Assembly (NCBI GenBank): GCA_963777315.1
Contig: CAVZQC010000002.1
Location: 608,001 to 672,000 of the forward strand
Direction of reading: 5' to 3'
From: Vulcanimicrobiota bacterium
GTDB lineage: Bacteria; Vulcanimicrobiota; Vulcanimicrobiia; Vulcanimicrobiales; Vulcanimicrobiaceae
DNA length: 64,000 bases
Shown here: positions 56,224 through 64,000 of the stretch, in pieces
Layout: the number at the start of each line of letters is the position of its first letter
Numbering within the stretch: the first letter of the stretch is position 1
Notes under the pieces: generated by a model
The model's database searches: none
Seen by the model: the letters and a program-made list of their open reading frames with translations, nothing else
Told to the model about the DNA's origin: nothing
Position numbers and translations under genes: made by a program

Positions 56224-58153
56224 CGGTCCGCGTGAGAATGTCGATCTGATTGGCGGGTTTTCGCGGCCCGTGGCCCTCGTCGGCATACACCACCAGCTGG
56301 GACGGCACGCGCAGCTCCTGCATCGCGTGATAAAACTCAAACGCCTGGGGCGCGGGAACCTCTTCGTCGCGCTCGCCCTGCAGGATCAGCACCGGCGTCT
56401 TGGAGTGTTTGATGAACGTGATCGGCGAGCTCTTCGCATAAACTTGCGGATCGTCGTATACCGAAGCGCCGAAGAATGGAATCATCCATCGATCGATATC
56501 GTTCTGCCCGTAATACGATTGCCAGTTCACGATACCGGCGCCCGCGACGATGGCTTTGAAACGCGTAGTCTGCGTTTCCGCCCACATGCCCATGTATCCG
56601 CCATAGCTCCATCCGAACAGCCCGAGCGCACGCGGATCGATCGGTGCGGAGCGTTCGGCGGCATCGACGCCGCTGAGATCGTCGCGCCAGTCGCCGTAGC
56701 CGAAGTCCTTGATGTTGGCACGCGTGAAACGCTCGCCTTGACCGAAGCTGCCGCGCGGGTTGGGCTCGAAGACGAAGTAGCCGTGGCTGCTTAGCGCGGC
56801 GACGTAGCGGTTGCCGAAGTCCGGTAAACTCTCCGCGCCCGGACCGCCGTGAACGATCGTTATCATCGGATAGCGATGCTTGCGATCGTACCGCAGCGGA
56901 TATACGAGCCAGCCTTGAACGTCGAAGCCTTCGTTCTTCCATTGCAGCGACCGCGCCGGGCCCCAAAGGCGCATTGCTCCCGCGTTGACGTGGGTGATTT
57001 GATGCAAGGCTCCCGGTAGGCCCGTCCAAAGCTCGGGCGGTGCGTCGAACGACTCGCGCACGAGCGCAATCCGTCCGGATCGCGGGACTACGTCCCAGCT
57101 GCGGATCGATTCCGCGCTGCTCGTGAGCGCGCGCAGCGCACCGGTGCGCGCGTTAAGGCGGTAGAGGTGAATCGTCCCCTTGCTGTGCGCGGCCATGTAG
57201 AGAGTGCCGTCGTTCACCCAACGCAGCGACGAAGCCGAGATCGGCATGCCCGGAGCAACGTCGCGCACCTGTCCGGACGACGCGCTGACGACGTACACGT
57301 CGCCGCCGACCGATCCGAAGTCGCTCATCAGGCCGCCCACTAACGCAATGAGCTTTCCGTCGGGGGACCATTGCGGATCGTTGATTTGGTACGAAGGACG
57401 CAGCAAATCGCGGGTGCGGCCGTGCGCATCCACCGATGCTAGCCGCGCCAGCCACCAATTATCGTCGCCGCTGCCGTAGGCGTACGTATAGGCCAGTCGC
57501 TTCGAACCCGGGGCCCAGGCGTACTCGTAGACGTAAGCATTTGCCGGCGTCAGCTCGCGAACGGCGCCCGATTTCGGATCGACCAGCGCAAGCTGCTGTT
57601 CGTCGACGGTCGTGCCGATTACGCCGACCTTGCGAGCGGCGGCTGCAAGAGCACCGGATTTCCGGTGCGGGTGGGCGATGTACAGCATGGCCAGCGTTGT
57701 GCCGTCGGGCGACCAGCGTAACGCTTGCGGCGCACCGGTGAGATGCGTAACGCAGCGCGCGTTGCGGCCGTTGGCGTCCGCGATAAGAATCTGCAGCTGT
57801 CCCTGCGATTTCGCATCGGAGAGAAACGCTATGCGAGATCCGTCCGCAGACCACACCGGGTCTTCGTCGTCGAAATAGTTCTGCGGATTGCCCGTGCTCA
57901 AGCGCACCGGAGCACCGGCGTTTCGCTGTACGAAGAGCGCGGTTTTTATGGCCGGATGCGCCGGGCCGCCGGGCCGAAACGATTCCTCGAACACGACGGC
58001 ATCGCCGCGCGGTGACAGTCCGACGTTGGACAAATCGTGCAAAGCAAAAATCGAACGCAGCACGAACGGCATGGACGGCGCAGGCTGGGCTTGAGCCGCG
58101 GCGGCCGGCGCCAGTGCCAAAGCGCAACCTGCAAGCATGCGCAGCACCTTCAT
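56195..58153 (-). CDS. Secreted S9-family (prolyl oligopeptidase/acylaminoacyl) peptidase
   Basis: Signal peptide, WSPDG propeller repeats, HGGP, NPRGS, GWSYGG, GERDEEVP, EGH. Confidence 0.92.
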   Translation of the reverse strand: MKVLRMLAGCALALAPAAAAQAQPAPSMPFVLRSIFALHDLSNVGLSPRGDAVVFEESFRPGGPAHPAIKTALFVQRNAGAPVRLSTGNPQNYFDDEDPVWSADGSRIAFLSDAKSQGQLQILIADANGRNARCVTHLTGAPQALRWSPDGTTLAMLYIAHPHRKSGALAAAARKVGVIGTTVDEQQLALVDPKSGAVRELTPANAYVYEYAWAPGSKRLAYTYAYGSGDDNWWLARLASVDAHGRTRDLLRPSYQINDPQWSPDGKLIALVGGLMSDFGSVGGDVYVVSASSGQVRDVAPGMPISASSLRWVNDGTLYMAAHSKGTIHLYRLNARTGALRALTSSAESIRSWDVVPRSGRIALVRESFDAPPELWTGLPGALHQITHVNAGAMRLWGPARSLQWKNEGFDVQGWLVYPLRYDRKHRYPMITIVHGGPGAESLPDFGNRYVAALSSHGYFVFEPNPRGSFGQGERFTRANIKDFGYGDWRDDLSGVDAAERSAPIDPRALGLFGWSYGGYMGMWAETQTTRFKAIVAGAGIVNWQSYYGQNDIDRWMIPFFGASVYDDPQVYAKSSPITFIKHSKTPVLILQGERDEEVPAPQAFEFYHAMQELRVPSQLVVYADEGHGPRKPANQIDILTRTVNWFAKYLR

Positions 58154-58210
58154 AAACGGCGCTTTCGCGGCGGTGCGCCCCGCGCCTGTAGCGATGCGAG
58201 CCGGCGGCAA

Positions 58211-58840
58211 TTAGCGCGCGTGCTGAACGATGTGAGCCACGATTCGAGACCCGTCGGAGAGAATGTATTCGTCCGCGGGCGGCGCATTGGGCACGAACAG
58301 TTCTCCCGCGTTACCGCTGATCGTTAACCGTCCCAGCACGACGGCGGCAGCGCCCCGCCTGGCGGTGACCGTGTACGAAATGCGCGTCTGCGCAACGAAA
58401 TAGCGCCAGGGCCGGGTACGGCCGAACAGCATTTTTGCCGGCGGCGCATTCGGCACGAGCGGCACGAATTGGGCGTGCGCGAAGTGGCTGGTGGCCAGCG
58501 CGTGCACTGCGGTCTGTTGCTGAACGTTGAACGCGTTCTGCGTGCGGCCGGCGTTCCAGATCCATGCCGTGGGCAATAGGCCCAGCACGAACGCTGCAGC
58601 AACCAGCGCGCTTGGTGCGCGCCACGAACGGTTGGGCGCGAACGCGGCGTGCATGCGCCGATCCAATTGTTCGGACGGTCGAGCTTCCTGCACCAATTGT
58701 GCCACGGTAGCCTCAGCCTCGCCGATGCGCCGGGCGCAGGCGCCGCACTGGGACGCATGGCGATCGACCTGTGCGCGCGATCGATCGTCGAGTGCGCCGA
58801 GCGCGTAGAGTTCAGCCAGTTCCTCAACGTGCGCTGTCAT
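58211..58840 (-). CDS. Anti-sigma factor (zinc-finger HxxxCxxC + TM, RskA-like)
   Basis: LYALGAL...HASQCGAC, central TM helix. Confidence 0.8.
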   Translation of the reverse strand: MTAHVEELAELYALGALDDRSRAQVDRHASQCGACARRIGEAEATVAQLVQEARPSEQLDRRMHAAFAPNRSWRAPSALVAAAFVLGLLPTAWIWNAGRTQNAFNVQQQTAVHALATSHFAHAQFVPLVPNAPPAKMLFGRTRPWRYFVAQTRISYTVTARRGAAAVVLGRLTISGNAGELFVPNAPPADEYILSDGSRIVAHIVQHAR

Positions 58841-59400
58841 GAATGTCTCTCCGAGAGCGCGCCGCGCAGGCTGCGCAACGCCTCCGACAGCCGGCTTTTC
58901 ACCGTGCCGAGCGGCGTTCCGAGCCGGTTTGCGATCTCCGCGTGCGTTAAGCCTTCATAGTACGCGAGCTGAATGGCCTCGCGCTGCACGCCGGTCAGCG
59001 CGCGAACGCCTTGCGAGAGCGCAACGGCATCCAAGAGCTGCTCTTGGTCCGTGAGCGGTTCGAGCGACTCGAGGATGCGTTTTCGATTGGCGTCGCGCCG
59101 TACGCGCGAAAGCGCCTCGTTGCGTGCGCAAACGATCAGGAACGCGCGCAGCGATCCGCGTTGGGTACTGTAGGCGTGCCCGCGCTGCCATAGTCGCACC
59201 AGCACGTCGTGCACGCAGTCTTCGGCGTCCGCGCGATCGCGCAGCACCGTTAACGCCGCACCGAACAGCAGGTTGCGGTACATGCGGTAGGCGGCTTCGT
59301 ACGCCCACGCCTGGCGAGCCACAAAGCCGACCTCGATCGCGTCGGTTATGGCGGCTGAGTCATCCCGCGAGCGATTTGTCGCCGATGATGGGCGATCCAT
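58837..59400 (-). CDS. ECF sigma factor (SigK-like; start uncertain)
   Basis: DAEDCVHDVLVRLW, RGSLRAFL, QREAIQLAYYEGLTHAEIA, PLGTVKSR. Confidence 0.88.
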   Translation of the reverse strand: MDRPSSATNRSRDDSAAITDAIEVGFVARQAWAYEAAYRMYRNLLFGAALTVLRDRADAEDCVHDVLVRLWQRGHAYSTQRGSLRAFLIVCARNEALSRVRRDANRKRILESLEPLTDQEQLLDAVALSQGVRALTGVQREAIQLAYYEGLTHAEIANRLGTPLGTVKSRLSEALRSLRGALSERHS

Positions 59401-60250
59401 CGACCTGCAATTCGACGGTCCGATAGCCGATCGCATGCAGCAGCCGATCGGGCGGGAGCGTGAGCGGTCCGGGTCTGGGCGCCTTGCCCGGCGCGGGTTG
59501 AGGATACGCCGTCGCATCCGCCGTTGCGAACGAGATATTGCCTTCGCTGTGCCGGATCACTTGATGAATGTGGCCGTTGAGCACGGTCACGCGATCGAAG
59601 CGTTTGAGCAACGCAAGAGCCTGCGCACCATCTTCGGTGGTCCAGCCCCATTGGGCGTACAGCGCATACAGCGGCACGTGCGCGAACACGACGATCGGCG
59701 TAGTGCCTTTCTGTCCTGCCAGGTCACGCTGCAGCCACGCCAGCTGCTCGGTGCCCAGCAAGCCCATCTTCTCGAAGCTGAACACGTTGATCAGTGCGAC
59801 GTAGTGGATTCCATCGCGATCCCACGAGTACCACTGCAAACGCGCATCGGGCGTTTGAAACGCTTGGAAAAAGCTGCGGTGATCGCCGCCGATGAAGTCG
59901 TGTTCGCCGGGAAGGACGACGAGCGGCGCGCGCAGCTGCTGCAGAATGTCCTTGGCGGCGGCGAATTGCTCGGGCTTGGACAGATGCGTGACGTCGCCGG
60001 TGTGCACCACGAATTGCGGCTGCGGAGAAAGGGTATTGATGATGTCGACCGTGCGCTTGAGCGTTGCGCTCACGTCGTGGTTTGCCGCCTGGTGAAAGCC
60101 GATGTGGCTGTCGCTGATTTGGACGAAATGCGCGGCGCTTTTGAGGCCGCCCGCTATGGCCGTTCCGGTAAACAGTCCTTCGACCGAAAGCGTATAGGCA
60201 ATGCCCGCGCCGGTCCAACCGACGTGCTGCAAAAAATCTGCGCGTTTCAT
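59360..60250 (-). CDS. Calcineurin-like metallophosphoesterase with Tat-like leader
   Basis: FVQISDSHIGF, HTGDVTH, PGEHD, AHVP, NGHIHQ; leader MKRADFL. Confidence 0.88.
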   Translation of the reverse strand: MKRADFLQHVGWTGAGIAYTLSVEGLFTGTAIAGGLKSAAHFVQISDSHIGFHQAANHDVSATLKRTVDIINTLSPQPQFVVHTGDVTHLSKPEQFAAAKDILQQLRAPLVVLPGEHDFIGGDHRSFFQAFQTPDARLQWYSWDRDGIHYVALINVFSFEKMGLLGTEQLAWLQRDLAGQKGTTPIVVFAHVPLYALYAQWGWTTEDGAQALALLKRFDRVTVLNGHIHQVIRHSEGNISFATADATAYPQPAPGKAPRPGPLTLPPDRLLHAIGYRTVELQVDGSPIIGDKSLAG

Positions 60251-60531
60251 CGGCTGCCGCGTTTCGGTGCGACGACGATAATCGTGCCGATCATATACGG
60301 ATGGAGTTCGCAGAAGTACCGGTACGTGCCCGGCTTAGTGAAGCGATGACTCCACGAAGCGTTGGTGTCCAGGCCTCCCGAGTCGAACGATTTGCCGGCG
60401 TCCGTCACGGTGTGCGCCTCGTCGTCCTTGTTGACGAAGCGAACCGTTTGGCCGGTGGTTACGGTAAGCGTTGCCGGCTTGAACGCAAAATTGTCGATGG
60501 TGACCAGAGCGGCCAAAATCATATGCATCAT
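60247..60531 (-). CDS. Small cupredoxin (plastocyanin/amicyanin-like)
   Basis: IDNFAFKP, AHTVT, YFCELHPYMIGTI (type 1 Cu ligands H, C, H, M). Confidence 0.88.
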   Translation of the reverse strand: MMHMILAALVTIDNFAFKPATLTVTTGQTVRFVNKDDEAHTVTDAGKSFDSGGLDTNASWSHRFTKPGTYRYFCELHPYMIGTIIVVAPKRGSR

Positions 60532-60567
60532 ACCGCATATATGCGTGGGCGCCCGCTTTGGTTCGGT

Positions 60568-61305
60568 TTAAGGCGCCGATGCCTGCCAAGCCGCGACGTC
60601 GGTCACGCGAGGCAGCATGGCATTGCGTGTAAGCAAGGTTTTGACGTACCATTGGCCGCCGTGATCCGAGAACACGGCCACCACGGGATCCCCCAGCGGC
60701 GGCAACACGACGCTGTGCTTACGAAGAAACGGATCGTCCGCCCATGGTGCAGCCGGACCGGGGCGCCAAACGAACTGCACGCGGACGGCGTGCGAGCCTG
60801 CAGGCCGAGTCCAACGCACGCGAGTTGGAAGCAGCCGTGAGTAGCACAAATACGGGAAGTGATCCGGATTGTCTCCAAAGCCGTTATCGTCGAAGTAATA
60901 GGGCAATGCGCGAAGCGTCAGGCGATAATACGTGCCGTCGGACTGGGAAGTCCGTACGAGCAATCCCGCACGCACGAGTGCGTTGAGCACGCCGTATGCC
61001 TGGCGAACCTTCGGATGGGTCAGCCCGCTGCGCGGCACCATGCCCAACCAGTAGGGGCGCAGCCAAACGCCGTTCTGCCGATATTCTGCGCTGTATGCGG
61101 GATAGTACGAGCCTGCGACGGGCTGCGGTGCCCAACCTAGCGGAACGCATTGGTGATATTGCTGCGATAGCTGGGTGGCCAGGGCGCGCATGATGAAGCG
61201 CGGATTGCTCGGACTGTTTGCATCGAAAACGGCGGGCAGCAGCGACCACGCGGCTAGGCCGGCACCCAGGAGCATCCAAAGAACGAACTGCGCGCGCACT
61301 GCCAT
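60568..61305 (-). CDS. Exported hypothetical protein
   Basis: ATG 61305, N-terminal hydrophobic segment, aromatic-rich domain with two Cys. Confidence 0.6.
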   Translation of the reverse strand: MAVRAQFVLWMLLGAGLAAWSLLPAVFDANSPSNPRFIMRALATQLSQQYHQCVPLGWAPQPVAGSYYPAYSAEYRQNGVWLRPYWLGMVPRSGLTHPKVRQAYGVLNALVRAGLLVRTSQSDGTYYRLTLRALPYYFDDNGFGDNPDHFPYLCYSRLLPTRVRWTRPAGSHAVRVQFVWRPGPAAPWADDPFLRKHSVVLPPLGDPVVAVFSDHGGQWYVKTLLTRNAMLPRVTDVAAWQASAP

Positions 61306-61318
61306 ACCTGCTGCTTGC

Positions 61319-61327
61319 ATTATAGCA
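61319..61327 (-). promoter_or_regulatory. Consensus extended -10 promoter (TGCTATAAT)
   Basis: Minus strand aatTGCTATAATgcaagcagcaggtATG; 13 nt to ATG 61305. Confidence 0.6.
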
Positions 61328-61413
61328 ATTCCGGCTCGGGCTGCGTGACACTCCCCGGCCGTGGCGAGCGTAAAAAAAAAGGCGTCGTCCGCGTTCTGAC
61401 CAAGTGGGTCGCG

Positions 61414-62211
61414 ATGCCGCATCCGCTCTTACCAACCCGCGAGGCGCTTGCCGCATGGCGCAGCGCCGCTAAAGCTCCGCAATGGCCGTCGTTTCGAGGA
61501 ACCGCCCAGCTCGTGGGTACCAGCTCGGACGGCCGAGTCACCGTGTACATCGACGCGGCGTTTTCCGCGGCAATGCAGAACGCGGCCGATCTTCTCAACG
61601 ACGCCAATCGGATCGTCTCGGCCAACGACGCGATCTTCGGAACGGTTGGTTCGCACGTCAACGCTATCGTATGGGCATTGAACGGACAAACCGACGGCAC
61701 CGGCGGCGCAGACCATGCCGCGTGCAATTACGCGACCGGCGGGGACATCGAGGTGGACGCGTCCCTGGGCAGCTCGCAGCGCGTTTCGGCATTGTTCGAA
61801 GCGGAGCTGAGCGAGTGTTCGATGGGCGGAGATCTTTGCGGGCAAAGCACCGGAGAGTCGCTCTCGCGCTGGTGCGCTGCCGTCATCGGCAACAACGCGC
61901 TTCCCGACTTTGCCACGGCGCCGACGTGGGCTAAGGACGGCATGCCGGATTACGTCGATCGCACCGACCCAACGGATCAGAATACCGACAGCATCGGGTG
62001 CGGCATGGCATTCTTGTCGTGGCTGATGAGCCAGGGCCATGCGCTCGACACGATTGCACCGGTAATGGTATCGCTCGGCGACGCTGGAACGCTCGCGCAA
62101 CTCTACGCTCGCGTGAGCGCAGATGCAGCGGCAAACGCGTGGCCGAAGTTTCAAGCCGCGGTCAACGGCCTCTCCGGCGGCGTGACGAGCGACGATCCGT
62201 TTGGAGCCTAG
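61414..62211 (+). CDS. Hypothetical protein, possibly degenerate zincin-like fold
   Basis: Protein-like composition; motifs ALFEAELSECSM and GESLSRW; start uncertain. Confidence 0.6.
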   Translation: MPHPLLPTREALAAWRSAAKAPQWPSFRGTAQLVGTSSDGRVTVYIDAAFSAAMQNAADLLNDANRIVSANDAIFGTVGSHVNAIVWALNGQTDGTGGADHAACNYATGGDIEVDASLGSSQRVSALFEAELSECSMGGDLCGQSTGESLSRWCAAVIGNNALPDFATAPTWAKDGMPDYVDRTDPTDQNTDSIGCGMAFLSWLMSQGHALDTIAPVMVSLGDAGTLAQLYARVSADAAANAWPKFQAAVNGLSGGVTSDDPFGA

Positions 62212-63202
62212 CCGGCTCCTAGTTCTGGGCGAACGCGACGTGCGGGAGTTGCTTGCGATGCGCGAATGCATCGAGGTGATGCAGCGTACCTTTGCAACGC
62301 TGGATGCAGCCGGGCATGTGCAGCCCGTCCGATTGCTCGCGTGGAATTCGCAACGCAGCGGCGCGGTCGCCGCGATGCCCGCATGGATGGCGCAGCCGCC
62401 GGCGATGGGCGCCAAACTCATCAGCGTCTTTCCGCAAAACCGCCGGCGCGGACGAGATTCGCATCAGGGGCTGGTCGCGCTCTACGGCACGGACGACGGA
62501 CGGCTTTTGGCGATTTTGCATGCAGGCGCGATCACGGCAATACGAACCGCAGCCGTGAGCGGACTTGCGACGCGTTTATTGGCCAATCCCGACGCTCGGA
62601 CGCTTGCGGTCATCGGTTCGGGCGTTCAAGCGCGCACGCACCTTTACGCGATGCTCGCGGTGCGCCCGATTGCGTCGGTGCGCGTTTGGAGCCGCAACGC
62701 GGACCACGCGCACGCGTTTGCCTGCGAGCACCAACAGGCGGCCGGCGTTCCCGTGTACGCCGTTGGAAGCGTGCAAGAAGCCGTTGCCGGCGCAGACATA
62801 ATATGCACCGTGACCGCTTCGGCCCAGCCGCTGCTGTCGGGTCAATGGCTGCAAGCCGGCGCGCACGTGAACGCGGCAGGCGCAAGCGTTCCGGGCTTTC
62901 GAGAACTCGACAGCGAGGCGATCGCGCGCGGCCGGTTGTACGTGGACAGCCGCGAGAGCGCGATGGCGGAAGCCGATGAGGTGCGCATCCCGAGCGCGCA
63001 GGGCCTCATCGGCGAAGATCATATCATTGGCACGCTTGCGGAATTGGCCGCTGCAACCTGTGCGGGACGCTCGAGCGCGGAAGACGTGACCATCTTCAAA
63101 TCATGCGGCATGGCCATCGAAGATCTCGCTGCCGCGCACTACGTCTACGAGCGCGCGCTTGCGGCCAAGCGCGGAACGCTCGTGGAATTTAACGCTTCGT
63201 AA
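62201..63202 (+). CDS. Ornithine cyclodeaminase / mu-crystallin family protein
   Basis: AMPAW, GAKLISVFP.N, ITAIRTAAVS, IGSGVQA, HVNAAG, FKSCGMAIEDLAAA. Confidence 0.9.
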   Translation: MEPSRLLVLGERDVRELLAMRECIEVMQRTFATLDAAGHVQPVRLLAWNSQRSGAVAAMPAWMAQPPAMGAKLISVFPQNRRRGRDSHQGLVALYGTDDGRLLAILHAGAITAIRTAAVSGLATRLLANPDARTLAVIGSGVQARTHLYAMLAVRPIASVRVWSRNADHAHAFACEHQQAAGVPVYAVGSVQEAVAGADIICTVTASAQPLLSGQWLQAGAHVNAAGASVPGFRELDSEAIARGRLYVDSRESAMAEADEVRIPSAQGLIGEDHIIGTLAELAAATCAGRSSAEDVTIFKSCGMAIEDLAAAHYVYERALAAKRGTLVEFNAS

Positions 63203-63205
63203 GAC

Positions 63206-64000
63206 TCACCGCACCGTGACGGTGCCGATCATGCCGGTCGGGCCGTCGTGAAATAGGCAGTAATACGTGTATGTCCCAGGTTTCGTGAAGGTCAGACTGT
63301 AGCTTGCGCCGGGTGCCATCACGCCCGAGTTGGTGAGCGCACTGCCGTCATAGGTCGGTCCACCGGACGGCGGAACTTGGTCGGGCGATCCTGTGGGCGG
63401 CTGCTGTCCCAGCGCCGGAAAGGTCACCGTGTGCGGCGCGTTGTTCGCCTCGTTGGTCCACGTCACGGTCGTGCCGGCCGCAATCGTGATGTTGCTCGAA
63501 GCTCCGGTTTTGTCGTCGAGGAAGCGCACCACCGTGGCTTGCGAGGGTTTTGTGCCGGACAGTCCTGGCGAAATGCCGGCGGCAAGATGCGTTCCGCCGG
63601 CGCCGTACGGGAAGAGCTGCAGCGCGGATGCGCCGGCTTGAAGATCGGTAGAGAGATCGGCCGCCGCGGCCGCCGCGTATTGCGATGCCGACATCGGCAG
63701 CGGGGCGCCTGCGGGAACCACGACGATCGTTCCGCTCATTTCGGGCCGGTGCACGATGCAGTAATATGCGTACGCCCCCGGGTGGGTGAACTGCACGACA
63801 TACGATTTGCCTTTGGTGATGAACCCGGAACTGATGTACGCGCTGCCGTCGAAGACGTTGGCGCCGGCCTGGGCGGGATTAGGGGCGCCGGGCGGCGGCA
63901 TTTGCCCCACCGGCGGGATGGAAACCGTGTGCGGAATGCTCGTGCTATTGGTCCACGAGATCGTATCCCCGGCGTGAATCGTGATCGCGTTCGGATAAAA
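63206..64000 (-). CDS. Tandem two-domain cupredoxin (5' end outside window)
   Basis: Domain 1 PHTV...YYCIVHRPEMSGTI; domain 2 PHTV...YYCLFHDGPTGMIGTV; frame is open to the window edge (FYPNAITIHAGDTISW). Confidence 0.85.
   Translation of the reverse strand, partial: FYPNAITIHAGDTISWTNSTSIPHTVSIPPVGQMPPPGAPNPAQAGANVFDGSAYISSGFITKGKSYVVQFTHPGAYAYYCIVHRPEMSGTIVVVPAGAPLPMSASQYAAAAAADLSTDLQAGASALQLFPYGAGGTHLAAGISPGLSGTKPSQATVVRFLDDKTGASSNITIAAGTTVTWTNEANNAPHTVTFPALGQQPPTGSPDQVPPSGGPTYDGSALTNSGVMAPGASYSLTFTKPGTYTYYCLFHDGPTGMIGTVTVR

Noticed and set aside
1508..60349. Many long alternative-frame or antisense ORFs (e.g. 1508-3139, 6753-8726, 26715-28688, 40025-41602, 46292-47869, 52045-53835)
   Set aside because: Arg/Ala-rich shadow ORFs expected in high-GC DNA overlapping well-supported genes.
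61372..61380. A9 tract as phase-variation site
   Set aside because: Single intergenic run between divergent genes, more simply an AT-rich promoter element; no evidence of variation.
1..64000. CRISPR arrays, transposases, integrases, prophage or defence genes
   Set aside because: No regularly spaced direct repeats or relevant protein motifs were seen by eye; short or degenerate repeats could have been missed.

Overview
This is a GC-rich chromosomal window from a diderm, menaquinone-using bacterium. Its gene style resembles Candidatus Eremiobacterota/Vulcanimicrobiota, which is an inference and not verified. 1-6.7 kb: heme biosynthesis (hemC-hemB-MobA-like-hemL, hemA-hemD-DUF92). 6.8-9 kb: ArnT-like glycosyltransferase and TMEM175 channel. 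9-16.7 kb: a respiratory biogenesis run (menG, polyprenyl synthase, tatA, tatC, ResB/CcsA, and a Rieske-cytochrome b-cytochrome c region that reads as one 726-aa ORF). 16.8-20.8 kb: PLD-like gene and rsmI-metG-tatD. 20.9-38 kb is the most interesting part: a divergent Tad/Flp pilus locus with a CpaE/TadZ-CpaF/TadA fusion ATPase, a BON-containing secretin, an atypical Flp pilin, Cys-rich TadE/TadG-like proteins and an unknown membrane-anchored triple-repeat protein. Two paralogous GT-C-like membrane proteins end the tad operon and converge on a MalT/BTAD regulator plus GT87-like gene, making this a candidate pilus glycosylation system. 38-64 kb: nadABC-pepP-ABC transporter, an AhpA/AhpT-like redox pair plus hemerythrin, HU with a basic tail preceded by a structured intergenic region, GH20, GH31, a DGPF/ECF42 pair with its predicted autoregulatory promoter, an S9 peptidase, a cupredoxin-metallophosphoesterase-ECF-anti-sigma module, an ornithine cyclodeaminase-family gene and a two-domain cupredoxin. 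I saw no rRNA, tRNA, CRISPR array or mobile element. Three isolated +1 frameshifts and a broken hemA/hemD junction suggest base-level sequence errors, so single-residue oddities and gene fusions need read-level confirmation.
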